From: a virus
Direction: 5' to 3' (one strand)
Length of the DNA stretch: 16,094 bases
UHGV virus genome: UHGV-0121456
Both the position numbers and the translations under genes were made by a program. Below are positions 1-7,487 of this stretch, piece by piece (position 1 is the first letter of the stretch; each line of letters opens with the position of its first letter). The notes below the pieces were generated by a model, which worked only from the letters and a program-made list of their open reading frames with translations, did no database searches and was not told the DNA's origin.

Positions 1-298
1 CGCGCGTTGTTTCCGGTATATCGACTTTGATGTACGGGTTAATTTGTCTGGCGACCGTGGCAAGGTCTTTATTCAGGAGGGCTTTGCATTCTGCTTCGGT
101 ATACGTTTTACCGGGAATGATGTCTTTTCCGGTGTGTCCGTGACATACAGTCCATACACCAACGATATCTTTATATGGTATGTAGCTGACACCTTCCAGA
201 CCATCGTTACCACTTGGGCCAGTGATTAACACTGATGCTATAGCAATTGCTCCGCCACCAATAGCAGCAGCAACGGCTTTTCGTAATGATGGAGGCAT
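1..298 (-). CDS. R: SAR (signal-anchor-release) endolysin, phage 21 R-like lysozyme; 3' end truncated by the window edge
   Basis: Minus-strand translation from ATG at 298..296 gives [59 protein letters not shown]..., a Gly/Ala-rich SAR N-terminus followed by a lysozyme-like motif. Its start overlaps the holin stop (TAATG). Not in the ORF track because it has no stop inside the window. Confidence 0.85.
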   Translation of the reverse strand, partial: MPPSLRKAVAAAIGGGAIAIASVLITGPSGNDGLEGVSYIPYKDIVGVWTVCHGHTGKDIIPGKTYTEAECKALLNKDLATVARQINPYIKVDIPETTR

Positions 299-513
299 TA
301 TTCACCTCTCGCAGCCTTGCGCTTATCTTCTTTAATCTTGAAATAAAGGTTTGTCAGGTACGTCAGCAGGCCAAATACCAAGCTACCCAGCACACCTATT
401 GCTGCCCACTGTGAGGGCGTGACTTTATCGAGCAGCTGTAAAAACCAGTACCCGGCACTACCTGCTGAGGTGCCATAGGCGACACCCGTTGTTAACTTAT
501 CCATGGATTTCAT
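298..513 (-). CDS. S: Class II holin (pinholin, phage 21 S-like) with dual-start motif
   Basis: 71 aa [71 protein letters not shown]: two transmembrane segments and a charged C-terminus. Met1 and Met4 give the antiholin/holin dual start. GAGGTG Shine-Dalgarno upstream of the ATG at 513..511. Confidence 0.85.
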
Positions 514-625
514 AACCCCACCTCGCAGACAAAGCGGGTGTAAATTGAGGGAATACTACGAAACGTAACAGACTCGGAGTCAGTGAATAACTCAGGTATT
601 GGGTTATCAGCTAATATCGAGACTC

Positions 626-658
626 AAAAAATGGAAAAACCCGCTCGACGGCGGGTTT
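626..658 (-). terminator. Rho-independent terminator on the minus strand, tR'-like, upstream of the lysis cassette
   Basis: Perfect 8 bp stem 637-644/651-658 (aaacccgc/gcgggttt) with a 6 nt loop. On the minus-strand RNA it is followed by UUUUUCCAUUUUUU (complement of 626-636). Confidence 0.6.
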
Positions 659-696
659 AAGCTGTGTGACGAAGTAACCACTCTTAACACATTACA

Positions 697-724
697 TGAT
701 AAAATGCGGACCGCGTTAGTAATA
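697..724 (+). promoter_or_regulatory. Candidate promoter for the moron gene (extended -10 TGaTAAAAT at 697-705, or TTAGTA/TAATAT elements at 716-724)
   Basis: AT-rich region 30-55 bp upstream of the ATG at 751 with sigma70-like -10 elements. No strong -35. Read by eye only. Confidence 0.3.
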
Positions 725-750
725 TTTTTCTCATATATTGGGTTCACTAC

Positions 751-1497
751 ATGCGACATAATTTTTCTAAAGACACTATAAAAAAATTAGCAGAGCGGGC
801 AGCATTCATTTGTTCAAACCCTTCATGCCCTAGATTGACCATTGGCCCATCAATTGATGGCAATAAATCAATCAAGACAGGAGTTGCTGCTCACATATGT
901 GCAGCATCTCCTGATGGCCCACGCTATGACATGTCACAATCAGAAACAGAAAGGAAGTCAATTAACAATGGCATATGGCTGTGTGCTACTTGTTCTGTAT
1001 TAATAGATAAGAATCAGGGGCTAGACTATCCGGCACCTGTATTAAGAAAATGGAAAAAAGATCATGAAAGCCTTATAAGCTCCTGTCTTGAAGGTTCGAT
1101 TAATATTACCTTCGATGCTTTGAAATATATTCAACAGCATGATGAAAGAAATCTGGCAAAAAAGATTATAAATGAATTGGATGATAAAGGGGCTTTGTTC
1201 GTAGAATATCATCTTGAAAACCCCTGTTTTGTTGCCGAATCACTCAAAGAGTTAAGAACATGTTTGACCTCTTTGCTTTCTCAAATCCCAGATGAATCAC
1301 CTCTATTTATCGTTTGCAAGTCAATTCGAGAAGCATGCCGTTATTATATGAACAACACTTCTAAAGACGCAGGGATTAAAGAGTTAGAATTTTCGTTGGG
1401 AGCTGTCAGAAAAATCGTAGGTATCAACGTTAAAAGAATATCAGAAACCTACGGGGTTAAACCTAGCCCACAATTATCTACCATAATGCCAGATTAA
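751..1497 (+). CDS. Reverse-oriented moron: 248 aa protein with an N-terminal HNH-like (beta-beta-alpha-metal/zinc-ribbon) motif and an uncharacterised C-terminal domain
   Basis: ATG at 751. Motif C-x4-C ... AAHICAASPDGPRY ... NNGIWLCATCS (CxxC followed by Ser where His is expected). Lower GC than the flanks. Opposite strand to Q and the lysis genes. Followed by its own hairpin. Confidence 0.6.
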   Translation: MRHNFSKDTIKKLAERAAFICSNPSCPRLTIGPSIDGNKSIKTGVAAHICAASPDGPRYDMSQSETERKSINNGIWLCATCSVLIDKNQGLDYPAPVLRKWKKDHESLISSCLEGSINITFDALKYIQQHDERNLAKKIINELDDKGALFVEYHLENPCFVAESLKELRTCLTSLLSQIPDESPLFIVCKSIREACRYYMNNTSKDAGIKELEFSLGAVRKIVGINVKRISETYGVKPSPQLSTIMPD

Positions 1498-1506
1498 ATC
1501 TGTTAC

Positions 1507-1550
1507 GCAGCAACAAAGTTAAACTCTATGTTGCTGCCTTAATTTTATTA
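1507..1550 (+). terminator. Candidate intrinsic terminator for the moron transcript
   Basis: Perfect 9 bp stem gcagcaaca/tgttgctgc (1507-1515/1529-1537) with a 13 nt loop, followed by cttaattttatta. It starts 10 bp after the moron stop. Confidence 0.45.
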
Positions 1551-1910
1551 CTCCATTTCTAAACGAATATCCAGCATCGAGAGACAACCATCTATAAACC
1601 CTTCAGCCAACTGTATCTCTATACGTATCAATTTCTCATCTTTTTTGTATGCTTTTGCTATCTTCCTTTTCGAGATGCCATACAGGTAATGAGCCACAAT
1701 CAGAGAGTGCTCATACGGTTTTCTCTTCTTAAGAAGAGCAAGACAACCTTCAATAATTAATGCATCACTATCTGAACAAGCCTGACGTGTTTTGCTTGTA
1801 TAGGGAAGAAGCCCTTTAAACCCAGCAGCTATAGGAGAATAGTCTACTCCAGAACTATCACTCGCCGCCCATGCTCCCCAACGCTCCAGAACCATCTGAA
1901 TATCACGCAT
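1548..1910 (-). CDS. Q: Late-gene antiterminator Q (Q21/QuuD-like family)
   Basis: Translation MRDIQMVLERWGAWAASDSSGVDYSPIAAGFKGLL... matches my recollection of E. coli QuuD. Probable start is ATG at 1910..1908 with GGAG 7 nt upstream; the ORF-track start at 1913 is a TTG. It sits immediately upstream of the lysis region. Confidence 0.8.
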   Translation of the reverse strand: MRDIQMVLERWGAWAASDSSGVDYSPIAAGFKGLLPYTSKTRQACSDSDALIIEGCLALLKKRKPYEHSLIVAHYLYGISKRKIAKAYKKDEKLIRIEIQLAEGFIDGCLSMLDIRLEME

Positions 1911-1927
1911 CAACTTTCTCCACCAAA

Positions 1928-2923
1928 TCAGGCCAACACACCAATCGCCAGCGCGCGATCGATAAAACGAAATATCAGCTCCAGCTGAGAGCCATACTTC
2001 TCTTCAAATGCCACGGTATCCGCATGCAGCTCGTCGTGATGCTTTCTGCACAAAGGCAACACAAAGAGGTCATGCGCTTTTGTACCCATTCCACCCTGAC
2101 CGTGGCCTATCAGGTGGTGGGGATCATCAGCAGGCTTTCCACAACATGCACACGGCTGTGTCTTAACCCAGCGCGTGTACTTTTCATTAACCCAGCGGCG
2201 GCGTTTTGGGCGTAACATAAAAGACTCCGGCGACTCCGGATCCACTTTCAGCGCCAGCACCTTTTTCGCTTTATCCTGGATGATGCTGGTGGCAGGAACC
2301 GAAGGCACAAGGTCACTTTCCCGGGTGACAGACGGCACAACAGGCTTCGGTAATCTCAGTGCCTTACGGGCTGCACTTTCCGGTAAGGCATCCGCCAGAT
2401 CATTACGAATCAGCCACCAGCACAGTTCCGGCATTGTCACAACGTGACTGTCATCAAAACCGAGATCCCGACGCACAACAGACAACACCCAGCGGGCACA
2501 GTTATCCGTTGCCATTGATTCCAGCCGTTCCGTGAACTGATCGCGCAACTGGTTATCGCAATGCCAGCACAGACGGATTGCGCCCGGCGCGTGTCGCATT
2601 GTTGTCATGTTCTCGCTGTGCCAGTCGGAATGAGGCCACTGGCAGCCTTTTTCACGAAGTAACCAGCTTTCAAGACATTCCACGCCACCAGCACGACGAA
2701 TCACTGCCTCATTGCGGAACACTGCCCGAACGGCAGGATCATCCGCCAGCGGTTGTGATGCCGCCGGAACGGCACCACTGGCGAAAGATGAATAACGTTC
2801 CGGCTCAGGCTCCAGCAGGACACGCCCCTGCATAAACAGGGGCATCAGCTCTGAACCTGGTCTGAACAATACGATCCCCATACGCGGGGCAATTTCAGGG
2901 GTCAGTAGTGCTCTCACGGTCAC
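1928..2923 (-). CDS. DUF968-family protein (YdfU-like) with a C-terminal HNH-like Cys/His cluster
   Basis: 331 aa; C-terminal CACCGKPADDPHHLIGHGQGGMGTKAHDLFVLPLCRKHHDELH. Nin-region position between KilA-N and Q. The track start is GTG; the exact start is uncertain. Confidence 0.7.
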   Translation of the reverse strand: MTVRALLTPEIAPRMGIVLFRPGSELMPLFMQGRVLLEPEPERYSSFASGAVPAASQPLADDPAVRAVFRNEAVIRRAGGVECLESWLLREKGCQWPHSDWHSENMTTMRHAPGAIRLCWHCDNQLRDQFTERLESMATDNCARWVLSVVRRDLGFDDSHVVTMPELCWWLIRNDLADALPESAARKALRLPKPVVPSVTRESDLVPSVPATSIIQDKAKKVLALKVDPESPESFMLRPKRRRWVNEKYTRWVKTQPCACCGKPADDPHHLIGHGQGGMGTKAHDLFVLPLCRKHHDELHADTVAFEEKYGSQLELIFRFIDRALAIGVLA

Positions 2924-2924
2924 C

Positions 2925-3734
2925 TCAATGAACGGTATCGAGCAGCTTTAACAGCTCAGGGAATCGGGATTCGAAGAAATGCGGCTGCGTCTCGCGCGGA
3001 TTTGCGGGACTGGTGATGTTCTTGCCGAACATGCAGCCTTTCGCTGTCAGTGACCAGAATTTTTTGATGTTGTTAATCGCGGTACGGCTGTATCGTTCGC
3101 GCTGCTCGACGATCCCCAGCTTCACCATCTGGTGATATGCCTGATTAGCTGTCAGGCGGATACCATACTGCTTCAGCAGTGCACTCAGTGACAGCGTGGG
3201 GCGGCTTGAGCCATCAGGCGCGTCAGCAGGAGCATCAATGGCATAGCGCGGTGCCAGATTCGGTAAGCCAACAGCCTCCTGGAGTTTCTGACAGGCCCCA
3301 AGCACTGAAGAGTTAGACAGGTTTAACTCCCTGCGCATAAAGTCCAGCAGAATCACTCCAGCCTGCATCTTGTCAGCAGCCTGCCCGGATAATTTTTCCG
3401 GTGCGCTGGTTACCATATCGAAAGTACGGATCACCTTCAGATGGAATGACGGGCTGATCCACATTGCATAGGCATACACCAGTTCTTTGCAGACATACGT
3501 CCCCTGGTTATTTCCGCCATTAATGACGCTAACTGGTTGATTTTGTTCCAGAGGCGGAATTCCACCCTCGGTGAAAAGTTGTTCAATCAATTCACAGGTT
3601 TGCTTATTGGAGAGCCAGTATTTCGGGCGGTTTTTTTGTTCTCCCCCGGCTGCCCTGTGCAGATCGTTCAGGCTGTAACGCCCATAAGCATCACGACGAA
3701 CTTCAATACCATCAATAACCATCAGATTATTCAT
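2925..3734 (-). CDS. KilA-N domain protein (antirepressor-like)
   Basis: N-terminus MNNLMVIDGIEVRRDAYGRYSLNDLHRAAGGEQKNRPKYWLSNKQTCELIE fits the KilA-N DNA-binding domain. ATG at 3734 with a GGAGA Shine-Dalgarno. Confidence 0.7.
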   Translation of the reverse strand: MNNLMVIDGIEVRRDAYGRYSLNDLHRAAGGEQKNRPKYWLSNKQTCELIEQLFTEGGIPPLEQNQPVSVINGGNNQGTYVCKELVYAYAMWISPSFHLKVIRTFDMVTSAPEKLSGQAADKMQAGVILLDFMRRELNLSNSSVLGACQKLQEAVGLPNLAPRYAIDAPADAPDGSSRPTLSLSALLKQYGIRLTANQAYHQMVKLGIVEQRERYSRTAINNIKKFWSLTAKGCMFGKNITSPANPRETQPHFFESRFPELLKLLDTVH

Positions 3735-3753
3735 ACTTCGTTTCTCCTCTTAA

Positions 3754-4143
3754 TCAGGCGGCTGCACCCGCCGGTTTCTCGTACTTACTGATAGTGATCT
3801 CGACCTTCCCTTCCGGGATAACCGGTCCCCACTCCACCAGCATTCTTTTCACCTGACTGTCGTCTTCCCACACACCCGCGTGGGTCAGGGCGTCAAACAG
3901 CGCCTTGTTATAGTTGTCCAGATCGCGGATCCGGTTATCCGGAGGAAACAACACGATCTCCACTGAAGCAGGTGCCGACGTTGGTTTCGGCAGACGACGT
4001 AACTGCTCAACTATTGCTGCACACGCCGCGCTCTGGAATTTGCGCCCCGCCGCGCTTATCAGGCTCTTACCTGCAAACGCCCCTTTGTTGGGGTGTCGCC
4101 AGTACGAGTTCACGCTGGGCGGGAAAGGCAGGATCAGCTTCAT
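3754..4143 (-). CDS. rusA: RusA-family Holliday junction resolvase
   Basis: 129 aa with the RusA signature LPFPPSVNSYWR ... RIRDLDNYNKALFDALTHAGVWEDDSQV. ATGA overlap with the upstream gene. Confidence 0.85.
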   Translation of the reverse strand: MKLILPFPPSVNSYWRHPNKGAFAGKSLISAAGRKFQSAACAAIVEQLRRLPKPTSAPASVEIVLFPPDNRIRDLDNYNKALFDALTHAGVWEDDSQVKRMLVEWGPVIPEGKVEITISKYEKPAGAAA

Positions 4144-4466
4144 ACTTTCAGGCCCCTCTCATGTAACCAGTGGGCTGCACGCAGCCTGCCGTTTTCCTCA
4201 CCGGCAAGCAGTGCGCGGATAATCCCGACCGCCTCGCTGTCGTCGTCCTTCACCGCGGTATGAAGCGTTATCCCCCGGGCCACGCCACGCTTTATCGTGA
4301 TGACGCCTTTTTTCTCCAGTGCGCGAAGATGCTCTACCGCTGCATTCACTGAACGATATCCCAGCATGGTTGCCACCTCCTGATTGGTTGGCGGGAAGCC
4401 ACGTTCTTTCTGGTAAGAAATCAGCATATCCAGCACCTGCTGCTGGCATTGAGTTAACATCGTCAT
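4140..4466 (-). CDS. LexA-like N-terminal DNA-binding domain protein lacking the S24 peptidase domain
   Basis: 108 aa. LTQCQQQVLDMLISYQKERGFPPTNQEVATMLGYRSVNAAVEHLRALEKKGVITIKRGVARGITL resembles the LexA winged-helix domain. No Ser/Lys peptidase part. ATGA overlaps at both ends. Confidence 0.65.
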   Translation of the reverse strand: MTMLTQCQQQVLDMLISYQKERGFPPTNQEVATMLGYRSVNAAVEHLRALEKKGVITIKRGVARGITLHTAVKDDDSEAVGIIRALLAGEENGRLRAAHWLHERGLKV

Positions 4467-5116
4467 GCCGTCATCTCCCTGACCAGTTTTTCCGCCTGCT
4501 GGCGAACCTGCGCCAGAAAGGCCTCACCACATGCCTCAAGTTCATCGCGCCCGATGTAGCTGATTGCCGGTCCCTTCCAGGTCTTGTCGAAAACAGCAAT
4601 AGCACCAGCGAAGAAAGCGCCTGTCGGCACCTGCTTCTCATCCTTCGGGATAAACCAGGCAGGCAGTTCAAAACCAATACGCCCGCGAATAAAAGCAATA
4701 TGGTCTGCGTCTTCCGGCCACCATACTTCGCTGGTGGCAGCTTTGATCAGGAAAACATAGCGCCCGCCTTTATCACGCATGGCACTGGCATGCTTCATGA
4801 TGTAACGCATGCCGGTGATGTATTGCCCCTCATGCTGACTGGCGCGGCTGTATGGGGGATTACCAAAGGCAGCACCTTTAAGCTCCGCAAGACGTTCTGA
4901 CCAGTCATGCGCCAGCGCGTTGTCTTCCGCCGTGTAATACGCGGCACATTTGGCGTTATCACCGTCAGTGAACAGATCCAGAACAAACGGACCAAACAGG
5001 GTGTTAATTCCCCAGAAAATGTTATCTGGCGTGCGCCACTGATCGCCCACTTCCTTCAGTTCATGGGCTGGTTTGTTCCGCAGTTCCACCAGTGCCTGAC
5101 AATATTTATTACTCAT
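4463..5116 (-). CDS. Phage N6-adenine DNA methyltransferase (Dam-like, Phage_N6A_met type)
   Basis: FGNPPYS catalytic motif. Probable start is ATG at 5116..5114 (MSNKYCQ...) with GGGGG Shine-Dalgarno and TAATG overlap with the upstream gene; the ORF-track start at 5149 is an in-frame GTG inside the upstream gene. Confidence 0.8.
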   Translation of the reverse strand: MSNKYCQALVELRNKPAHELKEVGDQWRTPDNIFWGINTLFGPFVLDLFTDGDNAKCAAYYTAEDNALAHDWSERLAELKGAAFGNPPYSRASQHEGQYITGMRYIMKHASAMRDKGGRYVFLIKAATSEVWWPEDADHIAFIRGRIGFELPAWFIPKDEKQVPTGAFFAGAIAVFDKTWKGPAISYIGRDELEACGEAFLAQVRQQAEKLVREMTA

Positions 5117-5604
5117 TAAGCCCCCACGTAATTCCCTGACAGATACCACTCATCACTCGATACAGCGCGCTTGCTGCTTTTCCGTAAACACTGCTCACGA
5201 CGCGCCAGAAAATTGTTTCGTTCTGGCTGGGAATGGCTTTCACGGAATGCCGCCATCCACACCGTTGCAGCACGACGGTATAAGCCCCTGGACTCCAGTT
5301 CTTCAGCCTGGCGGGTCAGGCACAAAATCTCCCGCGGGTCGTTAGTGCCGACATAGAAATTGCGCACAGGTCTGGTTTCACGAACTGGTTGCGGTTCCGC
5401 CTCCTGCGCTCTCTCAGTCAGGCGCGGGAAATGTCTGCGTGTATCCCCTTCACAACGGTGAGCCACACGACCACTCTGACGTAACTTGCTTGCTGACTGC
5501 AGAACGCGCTGCCGTGAGTAACCAGCAAAAGCATCCGCAATGTCTCCGGAAGTACACCCCGGATGGGCTTCAATGTATTTCTGAACTTCATTCAAAAGAC
5601 TCAT
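5116..5604 (-). CDS. PerC/ANR-family regulator-like protein
   Basis: C-terminal LESRGLYRRAATVWMAAF resembles the PerC/ANR motif. Probable ATG at 5604..5602 with GGGGG Shine-Dalgarno, directly after the replication gene stop. Family assignment is from memory of the motif. Confidence 0.5.
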   Translation of the reverse strand: MSLLNEVQKYIEAHPGCTSGDIADAFAGYSRQRVLQSASKLRQSGRVAHRCEGDTRRHFPRLTERAQEAEPQPVRETRPVRNFYVGTNDPREILCLTRQAEELESRGLYRRAATVWMAAFRESHSQPERNNFLARREQCLRKSSKRAVSSDEWYLSGNYVGA

Positions 5605-5606
5605 GA

Positions 5607-6548
5607 TCACCCCCTGAATCCTGCCGGGATCTGGCTGTAGTCCACGTTGTCGTAACTGGCTTTGAAGTACGGGTCTTCGCGTTTTTCGGTGTACGTGCTG
5701 ACGGACGGCGATAAGCGCAGGGAAAGCTCATCCCATTTTTCCCGCAGCTTCGACGGGCTGAGCACGTTACGGCACCAGAACGGATCGCGGCTGACGCGGC
5801 TGTACATCTCGCAGATTTGTTTGTGAGTACGACCATCCTGCACACACATCAGGCGAATTTCGTTTGCCCAGGCTGTCCAGTTCGGTTCTTTGGGACGAAC
5901 CACCTCGCCGTCACATTCGGCGGCCTGCTCGTACAGGGCGATGATTTTTTTCCAGAGCCACTGTGCGCAGGTCAAATCATCCTGCGTTCCCCACTGGCGC
6001 TTTTTAGGGCTGAATACAACCGCATCAGGATGGCGAGTTAAAAAATCCTGTTCATCCGTCTGCGTGTCCGGTTGCGAAGCGTCCGGACGAGAAGGTTTTT
6101 TATCTGACGGATCATGTTTTGATTTTACTGACGGATCCCCGCCAGATTCTGACGGGTGAAAACCCGCTTTTTTGCCAGATTTCGACGCATCAAATTTTGA
6201 CGGGTCAGATTTTGATGCGTCAGATTTTGACGGGTCAGAATCTGACAGTTGAGAAAATGCCGCTGCCTGAAGCTTCGCAACGTTAAGCTGATAAACATTC
6301 GACGCATTGCGGTTACCCTGGCGACGCGCCTTACGCGTTAACCAGCCTTCTGCTTCCAGCCGTGCGATAGCCGTTCTGACGGTACTCATCCCCGCGCCAA
6401 TCTGACGGGCAATGGTTTCAATTGATGGCCAGCACACACCTTCGTCATTACTGAAATCAGCCAGGCGGGCCATAATTGCCACGCTGGATAATTTCATGCC
6501 TGACGCTGCGCAACCATCCCATACATAGCCGGTTAATTTAGTGCTCAT
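5607..6548 (-). CDS. Replication initiation protein (lambda O-like organiser): N-terminal helix-turn-helix, repeat-encoded linker, C-terminal domain
   Basis: N-terminus [70 protein letters not shown] is a winged-helix replication-initiator type. Internal SDPSKSDASKSDPSKFDASKSG repeats are encoded by DNA iterons. Position is cro-proximal. Confidence 0.7.
   Translation of the reverse strand: MSTKLTGYVWDGCAASGMKLSSVAIMARLADFSNDEGVCWPSIETIARQIGAGMSTVRTAIARLEAEGWLTRKARRQGNRNASNVYQLNVAKLQAAAFSQLSDSDPSKSDASKSDPSKFDASKSGKKAGFHPSESGGDPSVKSKHDPSDKKPSRPDASQPDTQTDEQDFLTRHPDAVVFSPKKRQWGTQDDLTCAQWLWKKIIALYEQAAECDGEVVRPKEPNWTAWANEIRLMCVQDGRTHKQICEMYSRVSRDPFWCRNVLSPSKLREKWDELSLRLSPSVSTYTEKREDPYFKASYDNVDYSQIPAGFRG
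6145..6253. repeat. Iterons (about 15 bp tandem repeats, ATTTTGACGGGTCAG-like): candidate replication origin inside the initiator gene
   Basis: Units at 6194-6208, 6209-6223 and 6224-6238, with degenerate copies at about 6145-6161, 6176-6193 and 6239-6253. A moderately AT-rich stretch lies at 6085-6125. Confidence 0.6.
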
Positions 6549-6717
6549 GACCGACCTCTATTTCCCTGAATTTACGACGAAACTGTTCGAGCGGGCTGAA
6601 GCACTCATGCTCATAGCCTTCACGGAGGTAGATAACCCGTTGTGTTTCCGGCTCCCAACGAATGACTCTGACGGGCACTCCGTAGTGATCTTTGAACCAG
6701 CGGTTAACTTGTCGCAA
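6538..6717 (-). CDS. Alternative-frame small ORF (59 aa, TTG start) or the true C-terminus of the preceding gene after a frameshift
   Basis: Frame ending at TAA 6540..6538 encodes [58 protein letters not shown]. It overlaps the replication-gene ATG (ATGAGCACTAA). AAGGAG at 6731..6726 lies 8 nt upstream of TTG at 6717..6715. Confidence 0.35.
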   Translation of the reverse strand: MRQVNRWFKDHYGVPVRVIRWEPETQRVIYLREGYEHECFSPLEQFRRKFREIEVGHEH

Positions 6718-6896
6718 AGGACTGTCTCCTTCTGCCGGTTGAAATCACCCACAGCCCACTCAGCAAAGCTGTGGGTTACAATTTCCCTGTCACCTGGTAC
6801 ATTCACTGCATAGCAATACTCCACCTTCGCTTTTCCACCCGGTACAGGAAGCGCAATCAGTTGCGAGCGACGGTAGTGTGTTGTTAAACTGTTCAT
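6558..6896 (-). CDS. Hypothetical protein, frame-conflicted; the N-terminal half looks genuine, the C-terminal half looks like out-of-frame translation
   Basis: ATG at 6896..6894 is coupled (ATGA) to the upstream CII-like gene. The second half ([55 protein letters not shown]) is Ser-rich and low in complexity. Confidence 0.4.
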   Translation of the reverse strand: MNSLTTHYRRSQLIALPVPGGKAKVEYCYAVNVPGDREIVTHSFAEWAVGDFNRQKETVLCDKLTAGSKITTECPSESFVGSRKHNGLSTSVKAMSMSASARSNSFVVNSGK

Positions 6897-7456
6897 GCGT
6901 TAGTTTCTCCACAGTCACGACACGCCACGGCGCCCGGAGCTGCACACTCGCGGGCGTCACTACTTTCTGAAACGCAAAAGATTTTGTAGACCAGTGCTGC
7001 ATGCTCCTGCAGCTTCGAAATTGAGAGATACAGCTCGTCGTTAATTGCTGTCTTCTCATGCGGTTCCACTACACCGTCTTCGATTGCTGAACGAATCTGT
7101 TTTGAATAACTGCCGATCTGTTCAATGACTTCCAGCAGACGCTGGTTAATATCGGCGTTGTCCACATCCTCGACGTCAGGAAGAGACACAAAGACGCCAT
7201 TTGCAGACTGCGCCACAGCGTCAGCAATGAAGTGAGTTCCACCAGCACGTTGCAAAATCATTGCCCATCCCAGCGGGAAAATCTGATCGCCATCGGCACG
7301 AAGGCGGTTAAATAATGCGTTCTCTGTTACATCCAGCCAGTCAGCAGCTTCAGCGTAACCCCCCGGCAACGCTGCGATAGTTTTTCTGACAGCTTTCACG
7401 TACCACTCAGGCTGTTTTTCTATTTTCCAGTGATGCTTACCCACGGTTAGCCTCAT
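6893..7456 (-). CDS. CII-like or YdaT-like early regulatory protein (tentative)
   Basis: 187 aa immediately downstream of cro on the same strand, the position lambda cII occupies. Family assignment is tentative and from memory. Start is ATG at 7456, or GTG at 7444 with an AGG Shine-Dalgarno. Confidence 0.45.
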   Translation of the reverse strand: MRLTVGKHHWKIEKQPEWYVKAVRKTIAALPGGYAEAADWLDVTENALFNRLRADGDQIFPLGWAMILQRAGGTHFIADAVAQSANGVFVSLPDVEDVDNADINQRLLEVIEQIGSYSKQIRSAIEDGVVEPHEKTAINDELYLSISKLQEHAALVYKIFCVSESSDARECAAPGAVACRDCGETNA

Positions 7457-7487
7457 CGTTCTGTGGTTAAAAATTGAAAGTGTTCTG

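Noticed and set aside
44-229. 61 aa plus-strand ORF
   Set aside because: Lies antisense inside the SAR endolysin coding region, whose minus-strand translation is clearly genuine; no ribosome-binding site.
599-781. 60 aa plus-strand ORF spanning the tR'-like hairpin
   Set aside because: Overlaps the terminator and the moron start; hydrophobic, low-complexity translation; no Shine-Dalgarno.
1871-2835. Plus-strand ORFs 1871..2215, 2175..2447 and 2578..2835
   Set aside because: Shadow ORFs antisense to the Q and DUF968 genes; Arg/Ser-rich translations typical of out-of-frame GC-rich sequence.
3537-6307. Numerous 60-193 aa ORFs on either strand inside the minus-strand operon (for example 3914..4222, 4198..4449, 4319..4900, 4471..4698, 4795..4995, 5588..5845, 5890..6159, 6125..6307)
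   Set aside because: All overlap well-supported coupled genes in alternative frames or antisense; compositions are low-complexity; none has independent start signals.
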